From the NCBI GenBank assembly GCA_016933335.1, contig JAFGBD010000037.1, positions 9,695-73,694 on the forward strand: a DNA stretch of 64,000 nt. Direction: 5' to 3'. The position numbers were made by a program, and so were the translations under genes. Shown one piece after another: positions 59,204-64,000 of this stretch (the stretch's first letter is position 1; the number at the start of each line of letters is the position of its first letter). The notes under the pieces were generated by a model. That model was not told the DNA's origin, did no database searches, and saw only the letters and a program-made list of their open reading frames with translations. Source of the stretch: Bacteroidales bacterium (GTDB lineage Bacteria; Bacteroidota; Bacteroidia; Bacteroidales; UBA10428).

Positions 59204-60652
59204 ATGATTAATTACAGGGTAGTAGGCTTCATTCTTGGAATACTTTTGCTGATTGAGGGATTATTTATGTTCTTGTCTGTTCCTGTTTCCATATTATATC
59301 AGGAAGGGGACAGTCTGCAATTACTGATCTCATCTGCAATAACCTTGTCTACAGGAGCCCTGCTTTATCTTTTTTTTAAAAAATCCATCAAAAGCGTCGG
59401 TAAAAGAGAAGGATACCTTATTGTGAGTTTCGGATGGATCTTATTCTCTTTTTTTGGGACCATGCCATTTTACCTTACAGGTGCGATCCCTTCTTATACG
59501 GATGCATTTTTTGAGACCATGTCGGGATTTACCACCACCGGTGCATCAGTACTTACCGATGTGGAGACGCTCTCGCATGGCCTGCATTTCTGGCGAAGCC
59601 TGACCCAGTGGCTGGGAGGTATGGGCATTATAGTCTTGTCGCTGGTGATCCTTCCGGTACTCGGTATAGGAGGCATGCAGCTTTTTATTGCAGAGGTGCC
59701 CGGGCCTGCTCCCGATAAGATTCACCCCAGGATCAAAGAAACGGCCAAGCGGTTGTGGGCCATCTATTTCATTTTTACCGTTGCAGAAATAACATTGCTG
59801 ACAGCCGGAGGCATGGATATTTTCGATTCTGTCTGCCACTCATTCACAACGCTGGCAACCGGGGGATTTTCAACAAAGAATGCCAGCATCGGGTTTTATA
59901 CTTCGCCTTTTATCCATTATGTCGTCACATTTTTTATGATAGTCGCAGGCACCAATTTCACCCTGTCTTATTTCGCAATACACCTGAAATTCAAACCTGT
60001 ATTTGGAAATGAGGAGTTCCGGTTTTATCTTTCGTTCATTGCTGTTTTCAGTGTCATCATAACTCTGATTCTTGCTCTTACTGTGGCACAGCCGGTTGAA
60101 AAATCATTCCGTGATTCGTTATTCCAGGTTGTTTCCATCATGACAACAACAGGATATACGACCACCGATTACCTTAAATGGATCCCGGTGGGATCTGTGA
60201 TTTTGTTTGCACTGATGTTTTTTGGCGGTTCAGCAGGATCGACGGGCGGCAGTATTAAGATCATCAGAATAGTGCTCATCTTGAAAAACAGCTTTATGGA
60301 ATTAAAAAGGCTGATACATCCAAATGCTGTCATTCCCGTTAGACTTAATACCCAGGCGGTTTCTCAGCAGATTGTAACAAACGTGCTTGCCTTTACATTC
60401 TTATATATCCTGATTGTATTGGTAAGCGTGATCATAATTTCCTTTCTGGGATATGATCTGGATACTTCGTTTGGAGCGGTTGCTGCTACTCTGGGCAATA
60501 TCGGACCGGGAATCGGACAGGTTGGACCTTCATGTAATTATGCCCATTTCCCGATTATTGGCAAGTGGTTCCTGTCGTTCTTAATGCTGATTGGCAGACT
60601 GGAACTTTTTACAGTCCTGATCCTTCTGACGCCTAATTTCTGGAAGGAATAA
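59204..60652 (+). CDS. trkH: TrkH-family potassium transporter
   Basis: 482 aa polytopic protein with repeated selectivity-filter-like motifs (TTTGAS, ATGGFST, TTTGYT, GGSAGSTGGSIK). Starts 6 nt after trkA. Confidence 0.9.
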   Translation: MINYRVVGFILGILLLIEGLFMFLSVPVSILYQEGDSLQLLISSAITLSTGALLYLFFKKSIKSVGKREGYLIVSFGWILFSFFGTMPFYLTGAIPSYTDAFFETMSGFTTTGASVLTDVETLSHGLHFWRSLTQWLGGMGIIVLSLVILPVLGIGGMQLFIAEVPGPAPDKIHPRIKETAKRLWAIYFIFTVAEITLLTAGGMDIFDSVCHSFTTLATGGFSTKNASIGFYTSPFIHYVVTFFMIVAGTNFTLSYFAIHLKFKPVFGNEEFRFYLSFIAVFSVIITLILALTVAQPVEKSFRDSLFQVVSIMTTTGYTTTDYLKWIPVGSVILFALMFFGGSAGSTGGSIKIIRIVLILKNSFMELKRLIHPNAVIPVRLNTQAVSQQIVTNVLAFTFLYILIVLVSVIIISFLGYDLDTSFGAVAATLGNIGPGIGQVGPSCNYAHFPIIGKWFLSFLMLIGRLELFTVLILLTPNFWKE

Positions 60653-60671
60653 CAGGGTGAAAACATTACGA

Positions 60672-61283
60672 TTAATCCAGCACTCCCAGGCCCTGTCTGA
60701 TTAAAACAGGTTCATCACCTGAACAGTCGATAACAGTTGAAGGCTGATTATGGCCATATCCCCCGTCAATCACGATATCTACCTGGTTCATGTAATGCTC
60801 GTAAATCAATTCAGGATCAGTTGTGTAATCCAGAATCTCGTCTTCATCGTGGATGGATGTGGTAAGGACAGGATTTCCCAGTTTTTTGACAATTTCTCTG
60901 ATGATATTGTTATCGGGTATTCTTATTCCTATGGTCTTCTTTTTGCTTCTGAATAATTTCGGGATATTGGAATTTGCTTCCAGTATGAAGGTGAAAGGAC
61001 CCGGAAGGTAATGTTTCATCAGCTTAAAAACCGTATTACTGATGGGTTTGGTATAATCGGATAAGTGGCTCAGATCGTGAAATATAAATGAAAAATTGGC
61101 CTTTTCTATTCTGACACCTTTAATTTTTGCTACCTTTTCGATCGCTTTTGGTTTGGTACTATCACAGCCCAGTCCGTATACCGTGTCAGTCGGAAACACA
61201 GCGGTCCCTTCATTCTTCAGGATATCTGCCGTTTTAATAATCAGGCGTTCGCTTGGTGTTACAGGATGTATTTTTATAAGCAT
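60672..61283 (-). CDS. tsaC: L-threonylcarbamoyladenylate synthase (YrdC/Sua5 family)
   Basis: VFPTDTVYGLGCD motif and ~200 aa YrdC domain. The start at MLIKIHP (cat at 61281..61283) is preferred over 61319. Confidence 0.85.
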   Translation of the reverse strand: MLIKIHPVTPSERLIIKTADILKNEGTAVFPTDTVYGLGCDSTKPKAIEKVAKIKGVRIEKANFSFIFHDLSHLSDYTKPISNTVFKLMKHYLPGPFTFILEANSNIPKLFRSKKKTIGIRIPDNNIIREIVKKLGNPVLTTSIHDEDEILDYTTDPELIYEHYMNQVDIVIDGGYGHNQPSTVIDCSGDEPVLIRQGLGVLD

Positions 61284-61315
61284 AACTGTTTTATAAATCA
61301 AGATTAAATAACAGG

Positions 61316-62128
61316 TCAATTGTTAATTTTATAAAACCTGGCGAGAAACCACCCGAAAATGCTGTATGGAAGAAAATTTCTGGCGAATGGTGTAATCCTT
61401 TCAGTGAATCTTCCCGATTTATAACATAATCTGGGTTTTGCGGATGTTACAATTTTTAAAATCAGTTTACCCAGCACTTCAGGATTGCCTCCTTTTGTAA
61501 TATTTTTATCCAGCAGGTCAAAATAGTTTTTCAGCCTTTTCTGATATGGTGAATCTTTCGTTGGTATGATGTTATGGCGGTTATGAATGGCACCGGTATG
61601 ATAGTCGCCCGGTTCAATCATGCATACTTTGATACCGAAAGGTTTAAGCTCGATGCGAAGGGCTTCTGTCAGGCATTCAATTGCAAATTTGCTTGATGAA
61701 TATATACCCTGAAAGGGCAGGCCAATCCTTCCTCCGATTGAACTCATATTGACAATAAGTCCGTCACCCTGTTTTCGCATAACCGGAATGACATGTCTGA
61801 TGACTCTTATTGTGCCGAAATAATTCGTTTCAAACAGGTTATATATTTCTTCAAAGGGTGTCTCTTCAAGCGGACCTGCCAGTCCGAAGCCGGCACTGTT
61901 AATCAGTATATCAATATGATGAAACTGTTCCATGATACCTGATACAGCTCCTTTGACAGAGTCGTTGTTTTTAACATCCAGGTATCTGTAAAACAAATTT
62001 TGATGACCGGATTCGTTCGGGATATTTCTTCCTGTGGCAAAAACCTGATAACCATTTTCAGCGAGCGATTCAGCCATTGCTTTTCCCATACCGGAAGTTG
62101 CTCCGGTAATAAGGACGATTTTCTGCAT
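61316..62128 (-). CDS. Short-chain dehydrogenase/reductase (SDR)
   Basis: TGATSGMGKA cofactor motif, NSAG, and the catalytic YSSSKFA (YxxxK). Confidence 0.88.
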   Translation of the reverse strand: MQKIVLITGATSGMGKAMAESLAENGYQVFATGRNIPNESGHQNLFYRYLDVKNNDSVKGAVSGIMEQFHHIDILINSAGFGLAGPLEETPFEEIYNLFETNYFGTIRVIRHVIPVMRKQGDGLIVNMSSIGGRIGLPFQGIYSSSKFAIECLTEALRIELKPFGIKVCMIEPGDYHTGAIHNRHNIIPTKDSPYQKRLKNYFDLLDKNITKGGNPEVLGKLILKIVTSAKPRLCYKSGRFTERITPFARNFLPYSIFGWFLARFYKINN

Positions 62129-62154
62129 GTTTATAAGGTTTGTTCCAGGATAAA

Positions 62155-63162
62155 TTAAAAATAATCATAGTTAAGCTTGGTCAGAATCCTGAACTTTGTA
62201 ACGGGATAATAAGTCTCGTATTGGGAACAGATATTATCTTCGTCATACAGGTATGTTCTTACCGAGAAATCTTCGTCTGCGTTTCTTCGCCATCTCATCT
62301 CAGTAAGATTTGCATTCTCATCGTAGAAAAATTGTTTTTTCAGATAGCGTCCTTCATTTGGATTCTCTTCATCAATATTGGTAAGTTCCCCTTTTGAGTT
62401 GTACAGGTAAGTAAGTTTATAATAAAAACTATCTCCCCGGTATTTAACTTCACTGATTACATAACCATCATTGTTATATACGTATAATTTCTTCTCAACC
62501 GGTAAATTATCTGCATTGTATACAACCTCTTCAACGACATTTCCATTACTGTCATATCTCAATGTCAGATATGATATGATATTGTCTGCATGATTGTATA
62601 CGGTTATCTTTGTTATGTCTCCCTCGTGCTCAAAGACTCTTTTTTCATTAATCCTGTCATCCAGGTGATAGGTGATCATTTCCAGTTTCCCCTCATTATT
62701 GTATTCATAATTATTTTGAAAATCTGAAGCACCGTCGAATCCGCTCTCCTGTATTAACAATCCGTCATCGTTATATTTTGAGGTTTTCTGATAGGCTATC
62801 TTAACACCTTTCCTTTTAAGATAATCCGTTCTTTTACCCTCCGGGTTATATTTAAAGGTTTCATAAGCTGCCGTATCCTTGAGTTTGTATGTGATTAGTT
62901 CAATAACATTTCCTGATGGGTCATATTTATTATATGATGTTTTGACTCCGTTCCTGGACGGTTTTCCATTTACATAATTATAATCCCAGGTAGTCATCGA
63001 AAAGATATGATGCTTAATAATCATTTCCTTTTGCTTTTCATCAAAAATATTCTGCGAATGAATGCTGCCAGGTATAATCAGTAATAATAAGAACATGTAT
63101 ATTAAACTGATGCTGAATGAAAAAACATGACCGGATCTTATGTTATTGTAATTTACACACAT
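62155..63162 (-). CDS. Secreted protein made of ~12 YD-like hairpin repeats
   Basis: 335 aa with a hydrophobic N-terminus. Repeats such as YNKYDPSGNVIELITY, FKYNPEGKRTDYL, SKYNDDGLLIQES, YEYNNEGKLEMITY, LRYDSNGNVVEEVVY, YVYNNDGYVISEVKY, YLYNSKGELTNI and FFYDENANLTEM. An alternative start is at 63096. Confidence 0.6.
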   Translation of the reverse strand: MCVNYNNIRSGHVFSFSISLIYMFLLLLIIPGSIHSQNIFDEKQKEMIIKHHIFSMTTWDYNYVNGKPSRNGVKTSYNKYDPSGNVIELITYKLKDTAAYETFKYNPEGKRTDYLKRKGVKIAYQKTSKYNDDGLLIQESGFDGASDFQNNYEYNNEGKLEMITYHLDDRINEKRVFEHEGDITKITVYNHADNIISYLTLRYDSNGNVVEEVVYNADNLPVEKKLYVYNNDGYVISEVKYRGDSFYYKLTYLYNSKGELTNIDEENPNEGRYLKKQFFYDENANLTEMRWRRNADEDFSVRTYLYDEDNICSQYETYYPVTKFRILTKLNYDYF

Positions 63163-63356
63163 ACTTATTTGTTATTAAGTTAAAAATTCAAATCCCTGAT
63201 ATTTATTTATATCTTCGTGGTTATTCAAATTTAAATAAATATTTCGATAATTCCATTGTTGTTTTGCAAGGGTATACATTTGATTTATCCGGGAGACCCG
63301 GATTTCAGAATCACAGGGCATTGAGATGGTACCCCGACAACTTGTCACGGGTTCAT

Positions 63357-64000
63357 TCATTTATCACGATTTTTTACTTCATTGTTATTATCCTCTGTCG
63401 GTTCCTGTTCATTTTCAATCCAGTATTCTTCTTCATCCTCCTCATCCTCTTCATTCCAGACATGAATGGTAGGTTTCGGCCCAATCCTGCGATAAAGGAT
63501 TGACAACAAAAATCCTGCCGTTCCACCTGCCAGGTGCGATTCCCAGGAAATACCCTGGCGGACAGGGAAGATACCCCATACCATACTGCCATAGAGGAAT
63601 GCCACCAGGAGTGATATTGCCAGCAAATTGATGTTTTGGCGGATAATACCGCTGAAGAACAGAAAAGCACCGAGACCATAAATCAGTCCACTCGCGCCGA
63701 TATGATATGAAGGTCTGGCAAATATCCATACGGCCAGCCCTGAAAAGAAATAGATGATAAAGAAAACGCGGTAAGAAACCTTGTTATAAAAGTAAAATAC
63801 AGCCCAGCCAAGGAAAAACAGGGGGATTGAGTTATCCAGGAGATGATTGATATTGCCATGTATCAAAGGTGACAGTATGATTCCCGCCATCCCTTTGATG
63901 CTTCTCGGGTAAACACCATAAAATCCAAGGCTGCTGTTGTCAATGACCTCAATTACTTTTACAAGCCATAATAATGCAACGAAGAAAGCCGGGAAGATGA
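63357..64000 (-). CDS. Rhomboid-family intramembrane serine protease (5' end beyond window edge)
   Basis: GASGLIYG catalytic Ser motif and a downstream SHLAGG His. The reading frame stays open upstream of the ORF-track Met (63890) to nt 64000 (IFPAFFVALLWLVKVIEVIDNSSLGFYGVYPRSIKG-MAGIILSPLIHGNINHLLDN). The true start is therefore outside the window. Confidence 0.85.
   Translation of the reverse strand, partial: IFPAFFVALLWLVKVIEVIDNSSLGFYGVYPRSIKGMAGIILSPLIHGNINHLLDNSIPLFFLGWAVFYFYNKVSYRVFFIIYFFSGLAVWIFARPSYHIGASGLIYGLGAFLFFSGIIRQNINLLAISLLVAFLYGSMVWGIFPVRQGISWESHLAGGTAGFLLSILYRRIGPKPTIHVWNEEDEEDEEEYWIENEQEPTEDNNNEVKNRDK

Noticed and set aside
63117-63503. 128-aa plus-strand ORF bridging the spacer and the rhomboid gene's 3' end.
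   Set aside because: It overlaps the rhomboid acidic tail antisense. It is a low-complexity Ile/Phe/Leu-rich translation of AT-rich DNA.

Overview
This 64-kb window reads as an ordinary chromosomal segment of a Bacteroidota genome, probably an anaerobic Bacteroidia-type organism. Lineage clues are a sigma-A type RpoD, a Rho with a long N-terminal insertion, and a type IX secretion C-terminal sorting domain on a peptidase. Exact TAnnTTTG -7 boxes sit upstream of several genes, and PFOR plus rubredoxin point to anaerobic metabolism. I call 50 protein-coding genes at about 90% coding density.

Housekeeping genes: pntAA-pntAB-pntB, recQ, ftsE, gyrB, rpe, rpoD, rho, nifJ/PFOR, ruvX, def, galM, galK, trkA-trkH, tsaC and comEC.

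I found no rRNA, tRNA, CRISPR array, transposase, integrase or phage genes, so there is no clear mobile island.

The accessory or poorly understood content sits in a few tight operons:
- A four-gene envelope operon at 9406..11983: tandem-domain lipoprotein, YD-like repeat protein, VTC-domain polyphosphate-polymerase-like protein, and DUF4956 membrane protein. This is my best candidate for an uncharacterised system.
- A three-gene exported cluster at 1106..5053: PmoA-like DUF6807, TAT-signal Gfo/Idh/MocA oxidoreductase, and a tandem DUF1080 protein.
- An ArnC-like GT2 / ArnT-like GT39 / PAP2 phosphatase operon at 6103..9178.
- An MNT-HEPN toxin-antitoxin pair at 14050..14750.
- A 53-aa rubredoxin at 12170..12331, which is below the ORF-track length cut-off.
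- A 1025-aa GH3 / serine beta-lactamase-fold fusion protein.
- A giant TPR protein paired with a beta-barrel protein.

All family assignments come from motifs I recognised by eye in the translations. No HMM or BLAST search was run, so they should be confirmed.
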